Below are positions 41,442 through 56,576 of a DNA stretch of 64,000 bases, in pieces (position 1 is the stretch's first letter; each line of letters opens with the position of its first letter). The DNA lies in the NCBI GenBank assembly GCA_964016885.1, contig OZ024751.1, positions 32,116,001 to 32,180,000 on the forward strand, in the 5' to 3' direction. This stretch comes from Eledone cirrhosa (Eukaryota). The notes beneath the pieces were generated by a model. The model was given only the letters and a program-made list of their open reading frames with translations. It made no database searches and was not told the origin of the DNA. The position numbers and the translations under genes are program-made.

Positions 41442-41722
41442 TCCCAGCAGATGCCAATATAATATCAAAGATTAGTGAAAAGGAGAATATTTATGCAGAA
41501 CTGATGAGGAATCTGCAGATACTCCACCCTGATTACACCTTCAGATTTATGCCTGTGATTATTGAGGCACTGGGATATGTTAGTAACTGCCTCAATACAA
41601 ATCTTGAGAAGCTAGGCTTCACAGGAACAGAAAGAACACAACTAGTTAGGAAATTACAAGTACAATCCATTAATGGAACAGTAAAAATATGTAAAACATT
41701 CCAAAAATTTTGCATCTACTAA
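41442..41722 (+). pseudogene. 3' fragment of a second, divergent R4/Dong-like RLE family
   Basis: PADANIISKISEKENIYAELMRNLQILHPDYTFRFMPVII...GTVKICKTF aligns to the C-terminus of the 39170 ORF. It is preceded by (CATA)n. Confidence 0.85.
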
Positions 41723-42594
41723 CTGCATATACACATGTACAGATACAAAGCATATACACATGCACACATACAACTCAAAACATACACATCCACACATACA
41801 ATAACATCCATATCTACACATGTATGCATGCAGACATACATACATATCTACCTAGTTGAGAGAGTCTTGTGTCTATGTTAGAAACCGACTCTCTCTATTG
41901 GTAAAACTTTGTGAAATTATAAAACCAGAAGAACATCCATATATACACACACATCATAAATGCAAACACACATACACAGACGTCTCTCGCCTCTAAGATT
42001 GTTGACTTCCTGTCAGTTTGTACTATTGCGCTGTGTGCTGTTGAAGCCCTCTCTGGTCCCTTTCTACTCTATCAACACTGATGTGCCCCAAGTTTCAGTT
42101 TTTCCCTTGTATTCTTTCTTGCACCGGTAGGCGATGAGCAACTAAACAGAAAATGATGCGTGATTGGTAATTTGGTAGACGATATAGGATTTTGAGTATT
42201 AAGAATGTATATCGACATGTTACTCGAAAGAAAAACATATTCAAAGGAAATATGCAAAGAACCTGTATGAAAAAGAAAAAAAAGAAAAGAAAAATAGAAG
42301 GCTAAATAGGAATAACGAAACTTTCAACAAACATTTTTGCTATATTTTTCAATATTTACTATAAAGGTGGGCGATAGAAAATCTTTCCACGTGAATCTGG
42401 GCAATGATGCAAACATTATTGGGAACCTCTGGATTAGTGGTTCGGCTCACAATCGTAAGGTCGTGAGTTAAATTCTCGACGCTACATTGTGATCTTGAGC
42501 AAGTTGCTCCAGTCGTCTCAGCTAACAAAAATGAGATTTATCTGTAATTCAAAGTGACAACTCTCTTCTCTTACTCTTATCTAGCGCTACTGCA

Positions 42595-42849
42595 GTGATC
42601 TCATGGCAGGTCTCGCACCACCCCCACACACGTTCGCTATTCTCATCTCATTACCCACATTGGATCAGCATCTCCAAACCTTGTATTACTGACCACTACG
42701 CCAAGTCCTTCATCCCCAGAACATTGGGTCTCTGGAATCCATACCGTGTCTTTGTTTTTTTTCCCTGTAGCCGTCAACTTACAACTGTAAAATTAACTGT
42801 GTCGATCACACCGACCTCCGAGGAGCGGGGGCTTTGCAAAGGCCACTGA
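42595..42849 (+). pseudogene. CR1/Jockey-group LINE 3' relic
   Basis: HYAKSFIPRTLGLWN matches the SF.PRT..LWN ORF2 terminus. Confidence 0.55.
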
Positions 42850-42956
42850 CACACACATACACTTACTAAGACAAACATACACACACAGACACTCATATAC
42901 AAATGTATACATACTCAAACACACATGCACACAAAAGCACACAAAAGCACACAAAA

Positions 42957-43013
<57 letters not shown>

Positions 43014-43350
43014 ACACCCTCCTATGTGTTCATACCCAAACATAAGTATACACATATCCATAGATATACATACGTACACACATATACATATATACATAGA
43101 TATACATACACACACGTACGTACACACATATACATAGATATACATACACACAAATACATACACACATATACATAGATATATATATACACATAGATATACA
43201 CAAATATATAGATATGTATTTGCGTATACCTATACACACAAATACGTACACTATATACATAGATATATATACACACATAGGTATACACATTTACATAAAT
43301 ATACATGTACACATATATACATAGATATACATACACACATGTACGTACAC

Positions 43351-43408
<58 letters not shown>

Positions 43409-43459
43409 CACGTACATACACACACACACACACACACGCACACACGCACACACACATAT

Positions 43460-43758
43460 ATATATTAACAAATGGAAACTATATTTATAAAACCATAGTT
43501 ATTTCATTATACATATTTCAAGGACACCAAGTTAAATTATAGTGTGCTTTCATTAGATAAAATATAATATAGATCAGTTTGGGAGCTTCCAACAGAAATG
43601 GTCGCATTCTTTAAGGGTATGTCAATATTTATTTATAAAACTGATCTATATTATATTTTATCTGATGAAAGCACACCATAATTTAATTTGGTGTCCTTGA
43701 AATATGTATAATGAAATAAATATGGTTTTATAAATATAGTTTCCATTTGTTAATATAT
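43460..43758. repeat. About 120-bp-arm inverted repeat containing a hammerhead in each arm
   Basis: Arms are 43460-43580 and 43638-43758. The plus strand at 43655-43717 reads ATTTTAT-CTGATGA-AAGCACACC..GGTGTCCTT-GAAA-TATGTA-TA-ATGAAAT. Confidence 0.85.
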
Positions 43759-43847
43759 TGTATTTTTACTCCAATAATTTGTTGAGTGCTTTATATCAGT
43801 TATAAAAATATTTGCTTGTTGTATCCCAACAATTTAAATAGAACTTC

Positions 43848-43893
<46 letters not shown>

Positions 43894-44011
43894 TGTACAT
43901 ACACCAAAGTAATGGGATAAGTACAGCGTAACAGATTCTATATGATGTCAACATTGAATTTCCTCCCTTTCCAGCCCCTCTCTCTATCTCTCTCTGTCTT
44001 TTACTCTACCC

Positions 44012-44096
<85 letters not shown>

Positions 44097-44346
44097 CAAC
44101 ATACATTCCAATACCCACTGTAGTATATTCTGAACAAGCCATCAGAGATTATAGTTGACATATTTCCGAGAAGTTCAGAGGTCCTAGCTAGAGTTATCTC
44201 TATGTACACCACATCTCCTGCTAATGTCTTTCTATAGAAGTACTGGTTATACGTATGTGTGGCTGGGAATGGGTGCGTTAATCTGCACCCACGCGCACAT
44301 GTATGTGTATGTGTCCCTGTGAATTGAATGTATGCATATATATATA

Positions 44347-44437
<91 letters not shown>

Positions 44438-44499
44438 GGTAATTCCGAAGAAAAAGCAAAGGAAAAAAAGTGCCCTATGTACAGAAGAGAGCTATTTAA

Positions 44500-44675
44500 T
44501 TAGAAAGTGAACAACACAATATATAACAACTCCATTACCAAAGGTTTCAGTACCCTTGACAATATTAACACACGTCTAGTTCGTTCATCAGAAAGAGAGG
44601 TTATGAATAGAAAATAGGTCCTGAAACCTTTGGTAATGGAGTAGAGTAGTTATATATTGTGTTGTTCACTTTCTA

Positions 44676-44676
<1 letters not shown>
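44500..44676. repeat. Inverted repeat with hammerhead half-cores, abutting (TA)n
   Basis: Arms 44500-44554 and 44617-44676 contain GAAACCTTTGGTA. CTGATGA lies on the minus strand in the spacer (44585-44591). Confidence 0.75.
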
Positions 44677-44742
<66 letters not shown>

Positions 44743-44745
<3 letters not shown>

Positions 44746-45386
44746 TGAATCTTCGCTTATCCGGACGGTCAAAACCAAACAGTTAGAAAAAGATCCGGTT
44801 AAGTGAAATATCCGGATAAGTGAATTCTAAAATCCAATTGTTACATAATGCTCGTGGTTTCTAATGTTTTGGCTTCTTTTAGTCAAAATAAAAGACAAAT
44901 GCTAAGTAAACAAAGTTTATTAGACAGCTAGAATTTATAAGAAAATTAATTAAACAAACATAAGAATAACTAAAAACTTGGTAAAACTGAATTGAGTCAA
45001 ACCATAAAAAGTTAGTACTTTTTTAAAAAGGAATAAATAGAAGATTGTTTTCGCGCCGAAGCTCGTCGTTCTGCTACCATTTCCACGCAACAGCTGAACG
45101 GTCAACCACCTCCCTCATGTTTATCGCACGTAAAAATGGAATCATTCCCGTGCCCCCTTTTCCGATCAAATCCCGCAGCAATTGTTTTCTGTAAATCCGC
45201 TTTAGTGTCTCCAAAACTCCCCCCTGGTCCATTGGCTGAATAAGTGACGTAACGTTCGCCGGAATAAATGCTGCCCGAATCTGTCCGTCTGCCGAAATCA
45301 AGTCCTCCTCATCCGGAGGTAGTATCGAAATAGCCGTTCGGTAAATCGAATTTCGGAAAAGCGATATCCGGATAAGCGAAGATGCA

Positions 45387-45389
<3 letters not shown>
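44743..45389 (-). mobile_element. Internally deleted pogo/Tigger DNA transposon
   Basis: TIRs CAGTG(A/C)ATCTTCGCTTATCCGGA with TA flanks. ORF 45074..45301 contains FIPANVTSLIQPMDQG, the pogo DDD motif. Confidence 0.92.
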
Positions 45390-45451
<62 letters not shown>

Positions 45452-45452
<1 letters not shown>

Positions 45453-45612
45453 TAGTCGCCGACGACCCGACCATGCGACAGGTTGTACTGGTTTACATGT
45501 TACCAGTAGCACTCAAGAGTGAGGAGGGTGATTTTGGACACCCTGCAGGGCAAAAAACAAAACCTGACAAAGGGCGGAAGAACTCATAAGAGTCAATGGC
45601 CATCCCAAAATG
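45452..45612 (+). mobile_element. RTE 5' UTR fragment related to the 38143 element
   Basis: Matches 38654-38712 directly and 38541-38628 in reverse complement. Confidence 0.65.
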
Positions 45613-45673
45613 TGTAAATATGTATATACACATGTACATATGTATGTGTATGTATATGCGTGTGTATATGGCT

Positions 45674-46812
<1,139 letters not shown>

Positions 46813-46881
46813 TATATATATAGAATAGAATGAAACGAAATTTCATTTCTCACTCTTAGTACGGCACTTACTTAAATGTAA

Positions 46882-47372
46882 GTATGTATGTATGTATACG
46901 TACATACATACATATATGTATACAGACGTACAGTAGTATGTATATATATACAAACATGCACACATATATACATGCACGTATCGGTTTACCGAACATTTAT
47001 TATAATGCTCGGTTTGTTTGTAAACAAACAAACAGCCCGAATTACGCCGTAGTGTTTAGGCAGCCACGTCACCTTTTTGTTCAACACTGACACAGGAACG
47101 ATGTACTAGTTTCAAGCTTATTAGCTATCGTCAACATCGTATACCTTCCTGCCAGATGGTTGAACGTCTGAAAGTATATATTTTCCTTATGCATATTAAC
47201 GGCTGAGCAGCCTAATTTGCATATCGAGTGAGTTCAGTCGGCCGGGCACACCGAAAACAATAAATGGAATAGATACGTGCATATATATATGTGTGCATGT
47301 ATGTATATATATATACATACTACTGTACGTCTGTATACATATATGTATGTACGTATACATACATACATACAT
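46882..47372. repeat. About 100-bp-arm inverted repeat of low-complexity sequence around a unique spacer
   Basis: TACAGACGTACAGTAGTATG...ATGCACGTATC at 46921-46982 is mirrored at 47272-47340. Confidence 0.75.
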
Positions 47373-47381
47373 ACATACATA

Positions 47382-47438
<57 letters not shown>

Positions 47439-47469
47439 AGATCAAAGATGGTTAGAAGAGTTCCAAGTT

Positions 47470-47536
47470 TTTTATTATGCGCATTTCAAAAACAAATATC
47501 ATCATGGGATGATATCTGCGTTCTCATCAGATAAAA
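47470..47536 (-). ncRNA. Type I hammerhead ribozyme, second copy of the 6380-6548 repeat
   Basis: The minus strand reads TTTTAT-CTGATGA-GAACGCAGATATCATC CCAT GATGATATTTGTTTTT-GAAA-TGCGCA-TA-ATAAAA. Confidence 0.82.
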
Positions 47537-48130
47537 TAGCGAGACATGATATGGAGCTTAAAAAACACTTGTGAGCAGTGAAGTTTTAAATCAACATATG
47601 AAAAATAAATTAAGATGTATGTATGAGATTGGGAAAAAGTGAGGGGGGTGGGGTGGAAAAGGTAAAGGAAGAGGAAGAAATAAGAATAAAGGATGGTGGG
47701 GGAAGAGTATAAGAAGGAAGGATGAGAGAAGAGGAGAAATGGGTGATAGAGAGAGAGAGATAGCCTTTACAAACTGAGAAAAATATTGTCTCACAGAGAG
47801 AAATTAAAAAGCCGTTGGAAGATAATAGATAATTTAAAAAATTTTAAAATTAAAAGTTAATGAGGTTTATGCATGAAGAAAAAGGAATTAAGAATAGTTT
47901 TAAATTAAGGTTTGTATATTGAAGGGTCTAATAATATGTGCGAAGAAAAGAATTTATTAATATGTATTATTAAAATAAAAATATTAATGATATTAAGGAT
48001 ATAATGTGAAAAGAAGGAGAAGAATAAATGAGTTATGAATTTAGAGGAATTAGTTAGGAATTAAGTTTGTTTTTATGTATTGTAATATGTATACGTAAAT
48101 AGTATTGTAATATGTATACGTAAATAGTAT

Positions 48131-49111
48131 ATATATATATAAAACTGAGGATGTCTGTCTGTGTGTGTGTGTGAGTTTGTATCCCTAAAACTCGAGAAGC
48201 ACCCAACCGACTGCTTTCAAACTTTACACATGTAATACTTATGTTTCAATGCCCTAGGGACCGCATTAGGCGATTTAGCGATCTCTCTCTATAATTCTTA
48301 GTCTTTTTCTTTTTAGATAGATACACACATATAACGTCGCGCCCTTATAATATCTGTCTGTATGTCTGGCTGTTTGCATTACGTCACTTCTCACAATTCC
48401 CTCTGCGTCCAGAACGCGCCTTTTTAATATCTGTCTGCATGTCTGGCTATCTGCATTACGTCACTTCCCTGAGGATGTCTGTCTGTGTGTGTGTGCATGT
48501 GTGTGTGTCTGTGAGTTTGAATCCCTAAAACTCGAGAAGTACCAAACCGACCTTTTTCAAACTTTACATGTGTATTACTTATGTTTCAGGAAGTGTTATG
48601 CACATAACAAAATTCAACTTTTTGATGCGCTAGGGCCCGCATTAGGTGAATAACTGCGTTTTTTCAGGTTTTTAGGGATTTTTTGAGGCGTTACGTCAGA
48701 CCGATTTCCTTGAAATTGTAACTATATATTAGTCAATCTCTTCTTCATACCGTGAGCAAAGAAAATCCAACTTTTTTTATGGCCTAGGGCCCGCATTAGG
48801 TGAAAAACTTCATGTTTTCAGATTTTTAGGGCTTTTTTGAGGCGTTACGTCTAGCCGATTTTCCCGAAATTTCAAGGCATATTATGCACATAAAAAAATT
48901 CATTTTCTTGGTCCCCTAGGGCCCGCATTAGGTGAAAACCTGCCTTTTTCCTGCTTCATCGAGGAAAATCTTAATGATTAACCAGCCATCAGAGTATTCG
49001 GTTTATTTTCTTTACATATTGTCCAGGCATGCAGTTTTTACACGATTAAGTCTGTTGGCGGCCCGCGTTCCAAAATACCTTATCCCATGCAACGCCGGGT
49101 ACCACTGTTAG
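48131..49111 (+). mobile_element. Non-autonomous Helitron with internal duplications
   Basis: The 3' hairpin CCCATGCAACGCCGGG is followed by TACCACTGTTAG-T. The 5' end is TATATAAAACTGAGGATGTCTGTCTG. CTAGGG(C/A)CCGCATTAGG recurs four times. Confidence 0.8.
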
Positions 49112-49360
49112 TATAATATAAAAATATAATAACCATAATGTTGATAACTAAATAACAGTTGAATAAATCGTATGACGATCAAGAGATGCCTGGTTCATAC
49201 CCCACAGTCGTTTCTGTCAACTTTTCCCCCGTCTCCAGAAGTACTTCATCCGATTTATTCAACTAGTATGTATAGTTAATCAACTATTATTCTAGTTAAT
49301 TGCATTGGGGAAACTATATTTTCAAATTCAAATTTTCCCATGTTTAGTAAATCAATTGAA

Positions 49361-49431
<71 letters not shown>

Positions 49432-49699
49432 CTTGTGTATATATACACTTGAAAAAGTGTTGCGTTCACAAGACATCGTGTCTCCTTTCCATCTGTCTTT
49501 ACTACCGCTAACACAATGGTTTCTGTTCTACGGAGCAGGCTGAACTCATATCGCCTTCACTATTTACTCGACTTTCCTCCTCTCATCTGCATACTGCAAG
49601 GCGTAACAAAACTGTTTTCAGTTAACCGTGGAAGAAGTGGAGCTCTTCTCAAAACTCAAAGAAAGGGTCTGGAATATATTTATTATTATTTTTTGAGGG

Positions 49700-49872
49700 C
49701 AGTGATTTGGCAGTATCGGTAGAGCGTCAGAGACCATGCTTTGCAGCATAGTTATGGCCCTTTGCGTTCTGAGTTCAAATTGCCTTTCATCCTTACGGGG
49801 TCGATAAAATAAAGTACCAGTAACACACTGAGATAATTGCTGGCCTTGTGCCAAAAGTAGAAACAATTATTA
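49700..49872 (+). mobile_element. tRNA-derived SINE (Meta-like domain)
   Basis: Same family as 57087-57270. Confidence 0.85.
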
Positions 49873-50359
49873 TTATTTGAAGAGGAAGGGCGTCAGATGC
49901 AATTATTATCACTGATGTCTTCTTTCATAGTACATAAGAAGGATTCGAAGGGTGTAGGTGAAGGCGTAGATCTCGGCCCTCTCCTTGTCTCCCTAGGGCC
50001 CTGGATAGATATATCGACTGAAGCGCCCTCCTCTTTTATAGGAGCTACCTGCAAGTCCTAAACTTATCACTCACTACACCAAGTTTTTTTTTCTGGTACA
50101 TAAATTCCTTCCCGGCCTCACCTTATTGCTATTTTTTTCTGCAAATGCCGATATACAACTAAATGTTCAAGAGTAACATTCACCACATCAATCTAACAAA
50201 TCTCGGGGGACTCACAAAAGCTGTGGCGACAGACGTTCCTTCTTACAAAATATCCCAGTAAATGAAAGCAACAAATACAAGAATGTTAACGAGAACAGAA
50301 TTGCTGTTTGTTCTGAGTAACAATAACAACTGGGAACAATTAAACAAAAGTCGAAAGAT

Positions 50360-50411
<52 letters not shown>

Positions 50412-50412
<1 letters not shown>

Positions 50413-50448
50413 TTCTTTATTGGCCACAAGGGCCGACATATAGGGGAC

Positions 50449-50508
<60 letters not shown>

Positions 50509-50950
50509 TTCTTTATTGGCCACAAATATTAATATGATTTCTTTATTGAACACAAGGGCTGACATCAAGAAAAACATTACAGACGGTACATGACGATACG
50601 ATGTGGGTTTTGTGCGTGTAAATATTTTTATTATTTATGTAAGAAAAGAAAAAAAAGGACATAGAAACATATATATAAACAATAAAAATGAAAATTGAAA
50701 CAATGAAAAATTCCCCAATAGGGGGGAAACCTCCGAGGGTTACTCGTGGCGAACACCACACAAAAAAACTACGGCTACCCTGACCACCAGGGCAAACGCC
50801 CTCTCTCAATTTTTCCATTTCTCAAACTACAGACGTATATTCAGAGTGGTCCCGTTCACTCGGACCATTCTCGATACATTCACCCACCCTTTCACCCTTT
50901 CAACAAACTTGCTAGAAGGCAGCACTTGCCCCTCCACCCTGATTTTCTAT
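50412..50950 (-). mobile_element. Three stacked 3' ends of a Tx1-related family in (TAA)n
   Basis: CCCTTGTGGCCAATAAAGAAAT followed by (TAT)n occurs at 50412-50450, with shorter or variant ends at 50508-50525 and 50538. The longest copy extends to about 50950 with the CCCCCCTATTGGG and CACCCACCC motifs of the GATA family. Confidence 0.8.
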
Positions 50951-51259
50951 GAAAACACATTAAACTGCTATATACAATGGCTCCATACAGTGGCAGATAC
51001 TATAACTTTTAATAGTCCCCCCCCCCACATTCTTCTTCTTCTTCTTCTTCTTCTTCTTCTTCTTCTTCTTCTTTGGATACTTAAAGCAACTATTATTGCT
51101 GATGTCTTATTATTTGTACGTAAGACTGAAGATGCGAAAGATACAGGTGAAGGTGGAGGTGAAGGTGAAGAGGAAGAGAGAGAGGTGAATGTGTAGACGG
51201 GGGCTTGTGTTTCTGTGTAGTAGTAGAAGAGAGGGTGAGAGAGAGAGAGAGAGAGAGAG

Positions 51260-51296
<37 letters not shown>

Positions 51297-51602
51297 CAAC
51301 AATGAGAGAAGAATGAGAAGAATGAAAATAAGAACGGGCGATATAGACAATGTGAGTCATTTCGACCATTTTGTTGGTAGTTTGACCGTATTGTTGGCAG
51401 ACTTGTGTGCTAATGGTTTTAATGGTCACGCAATTGTTGTTTTGCTTCAGTAACACTAAAGTGACTTCAACAACTCTGATGATGAATCAGAAACAGAAGT
51501 TTCTAGTCTGGGGAATAAACATGTTTTGGTTATGAGCGAAAATAAGATGTTTTCGAGAAATAAATTTAGATTTAAAGATTGAAATGAAATTCTCCCACCT
51601 CC

Positions 51603-51659
<57 letters not shown>

Positions 51660-52008
51660 TCTCTCTCTCTCACTCTGTCTCTCCCCCTCTCTCTCTTCTC
51701 TCTCTCTCATTCTGTCTCTCTCCCCCTCTCTCTCTTATTACCTTCTTTACTTTATATTTCTCTCTCATCATCTCTCTTTTTTTTCTTTGTCCCCCTTTCT
51801 CTTTTTCTCACTATCTCTCTCTCCCTCTACCTAGCTATACACCGTTACACCCCTTAACATCATGTTTACCTTAAATCCTTAATCTCATAAACCCTTCGTT
51901 CCTTGGAATATATTCTCCGTGGAATGTCTTTGATGTAATCCATTCTATACGAAACTCCTCCATAGAACAGGTTTCACAGTCAATGTTTTTTAACATGCGC
52001 ATTTTATA

Positions 52009-52055
<47 letters not shown>

Positions 52056-52804
52056 GTGTGCGTGTGAATAAACGATTTATGTAACATCAGCATATTTCTT
52101 AATGTTATTCTTATATATATATATATATAGAGAGAGAAAGATTAAGAAGAATCGAAGAGGGGGTTGTATACGTTATGCACACGCTCGCACATCTCTGTAG
52201 ACATGTTTAAAATAAAATCTTCCAGTATCTTTTTATATAAGAACCATATGTTAAGTTAATATCTTAGTAAATGAAATGGTTAATAATTTTAGTAACTCCC
52301 TCAAATGTTTAGTACAGTGTAGTTCTAATGTATATATTACAACACTCTAAATATCTTAAAATATTTAACACAGTGAATATTTAAAAACTATATAGTACAA
52401 TACAGTACAATAGTTTTGTCATTTTTTCCCCATTCACCATGTTACTTTAGTAAGAATGTGAGCGGAAGTGGATGAAACAACAACAACAAAAAAATAGAAA
52501 TAAATAAAAACAAAGCAAAACAAAACAAAGGAAAAGGAAAAAAAATAATTCTTCTACTCTTGTTGATCCTTTCAAACTGTAATATATCAAAATATGTTAC
52601 CCTGCACCCGTAGATGCTGATATTCCGCGGGTTTAAAGGGTCTTTGCGTTCCGAATTAATTGGCACGCGTTATCCCGTTCGTCAGTTAATATCTCGTTAA
52701 TCATCTGGTAATTACTTAATTAAGGCAGGTTTACAGGTCAATTTAACGAAAAGGTCATTCAGTGCCAAAAATGGATTTCCAGAGATTGTTTTCTTTTGTG
52801 TGTG

Positions 52805-52835
<31 letters not shown>

Positions 52836-53016
52836 GCTCTTGTTGTTGTTGCTGTTGTCAACCTTTATCTCGGCAGTTAAACATATATTTACTTAGGTAC
52901 ATCAGAAAATCTAATTATATAGAAATTATGTATGTATAATATATATATATACATACACACCACACACCCACACGTATATATATATATATATATATATATG
53001 CATACATACACACACA

Positions 53017-53093
<77 letters not shown>

Positions 53094-53305
53094 TCACATA
53101 CTCACACACACATACGTGTCAGTTTAAAGAGACCATTGACGATATAAACGGAAGTTGTGGGAAGTGAATATCTTACATTTTTTATAGTTTCGTCGCTCTC
53201 TGTTGTAAGTTCAAATCCACCCAGAATAGTCTTCTCTTGTCATCTTTCCAGATTCCATTAAACAAGTGCTAAGAAAAATAATATGGTCGATTGTCCCCCA
53301 CCCCC

Positions 53306-53417
<112 letters not shown>

Positions 53418-53522
53418 AATTAGTATATCTACCAACATATTTATACAGAAGTATACTTACGCTAGGAAGATATAGGTTTTGTCTTAGTAACTTTGTAGTT
53501 TAATACAAAAATGTAGAACAAT

Positions 53523-53637
53523 TATATGAAAGACGTAAAATAAGAAAATTATAATAATTAACTTACTTACTTAAGTTTCACTCTGGAGTGAAACTTAAGT
53601 AAGTAAGTTAATTATTATAATTTTCTTATTTTACGTC

Positions 53638-53646
<9 letters not shown>
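53523..53646. repeat. Perfect 61-bp-arm palindrome abutting (TA)n
   Basis: Arms 53523-53583 and 53586-53646 contain GAAACTTAAGTA. A remnant of one arm lies at about 21797-21850. Confidence 0.9.
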
Positions 53647-53698
<52 letters not shown>

Positions 53699-53705
<7 letters not shown>

Positions 53706-53776
53706 AAAGGATAACAAGGATGATTGATTAATGCAATGAAGGAGTAATCAATCGTCCTTGTTATCCTTTCAATATA
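53699..53776. repeat. 32-bp-arm inverted repeat on the other side of the same (TA)n
   Basis: TATTGAAAGGATAACAAGGATGATTGATTA pairs with TAATCAATCGTCCTTGTTATCCTTTCAATA. Confidence 0.8.
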
Positions 53777-53873
53777 TTACACTCTGTATAGCTCTACATC
53801 TCATCACAGAAGTGAACCTAAACATCGAGTGCTCTCCCGGGTGAACCTGCAGTAACTCCTAGTTACACCCCCT

Positions 53874-53919
<46 letters not shown>

Positions 53920-54532
53920 CGTTTCTGAATTTGTTTAGCAAGATTCTTTATCTGAAATCGTGTGTTGAAACCGATATTGTTATACTTTGGGAGGGTCATG
54001 TTGCCAATAAGAAACACACAAATATATATATATATTGTAGTTTGCTTGAAGTAAGCTGAAATATGAAAATTGGTTATGTTTTGGGAGCCATTACAATGCA
54101 AGGATGGGGTTGTAAATATTAAGGCAACGAAACCGGGTGAAGAAACAGAATCCTGATGTCGAGTAGAGAAACGGTAGAAAAAAGGAAAACGGGAGGAGAA
54201 AAAATTAAAAATTACCAGAGATAATGTTACTATAGAAATATTTATTAGACCCTATATTTCGGATATTCCATCCATTAACAAGGTGGCCGAAGTGTACCTC
54301 GGAGAATGTAGGAGAGGTTTTTTTCTATGCCTTTTTCACTCATAGCTGAAGCCAAGTGACATTCGGTAACGGAAACTCTGTAGAAACTTGTCGGATGGAA
54401 TGTATCAGAAATTCCAACTTTAGGTTTTATCCCATACTATGTCCCACTCGCACTCTATTAAAACTTCCAGGCTTTCTTCATCTTATTTCTCGAATCATCC
54501 CTGATTTACTCCAAGTAGTACTCAGAGCCAGA

Positions 54533-54587
<55 letters not shown>

Positions 54588-54605
54588 GTGTGTGGGTGGG
54601 TGTGT

Positions 54606-54642
<37 letters not shown>

Positions 54643-54755
54643 TGTCTGCGTACGCATATTTGTGAATGTGTACGTGTGTTTGTGTATGTATATGTGTGTA
54701 CGTGTGTGTACGTGTGTGTATGCGTGAGTGTGTGTGTATGTGTGTGTGTGTGTGT

Positions 54756-54798
<43 letters not shown>

Positions 54799-55301
54799 TA
54801 TGTTGTAACCTGCTACTCTGTTGCATTTCCCAATTCTTTTCCGGGAGTATTTTTTTTTTACAAAACTAAATTCTTTTTTTCTGATATATTTCCTCACTTT
54901 GGAGACATGTAGGACTGTGGGTGGGCTGATACATTGTGTGAGAAGCTACTTTTTGTAGGATGGCACTTCGGTTTGGATGACACTCAGGGTGGTATCACGT
55001 GAACCGTTCGGAAAATTTATAAGAAGAACGATAATTATAACAGTGTTTTATTTATATCTTATTTTTTTTCTGTATTTCTTTCCTTTACAAATCCGTCATC
55101 CGAATTTTACTCCCACGTATGATACGAAAAAAGCAATCTTGTTTACAACCAAATTTATTACATAACATTGACAGCCATTAATTTAACACTAGCAACCTTT
55201 TAAATTAACTTTATATGAGTATATAAAAAAAGAATCCTCAAATTTCCTCCCAGGAAAATGAAATTGCCCTCCAAGGAGAAATTTTCGGTGGCTTAGAATT
55301 G

Positions 55302-56092
<791 letters not shown>

Positions 56093-56098
<6 letters not shown>

Positions 56099-56287
56099 AT
56101 TAGTTACAGCAGTGATATGTACAGGTTCTTAAGTTTCGTTGGCTTTCTTATCCCAACTCATTCAGACTGTCATAAAAAAATCTTCACGGTAGGAAACCAT
56201 TTCCATTTTTATGACAGACTGAATGAGTTGGGATAAGCAATTCAACAAAATTAAGTACCTGTAGGGGACTGTTGTAACTAATTATAT
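56093..56287. repeat. About 85-bp-arm inverted repeat with a variant hammerhead in each arm
   Basis: The minus strand of the left arm reads ACAGT-CTGAATGA-GTTGG..CCAAC-GAAACTTAAGAA-CCTGT. The right arm has CTGAATGAGTTGG..TTAAGTA-CCTGT. Confidence 0.8.
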
Positions 56288-56541
56288 TTAACTCATCATA
56301 TAGACTGAGTGTTTTAAACCTTTGGATATTTATAACAAATTTGTACTACAGTATGTGTGTGTGTGTGTATATATATATATTTGAATGTATATCCCTCATC
56401 ACACACATATCAGTGTAGTGTGTGTGTGTGTGTAGAAATATATATATATATATATGCATACATACATGCATACACACACACACACACATATATACATTGA
56501 TCGATAAACAGTTTTGTATATTATGTAGAAAACAAGGTGAA

Positions 56542-56576
<35 letters not shown>

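Noticed and set aside
51476-51505. CTGATGA-TGAATCA-GAAAC hammerhead-like motif
   Set aside because: Stem II has only a 1-nt loop and stem I does not pair. Probably chance.
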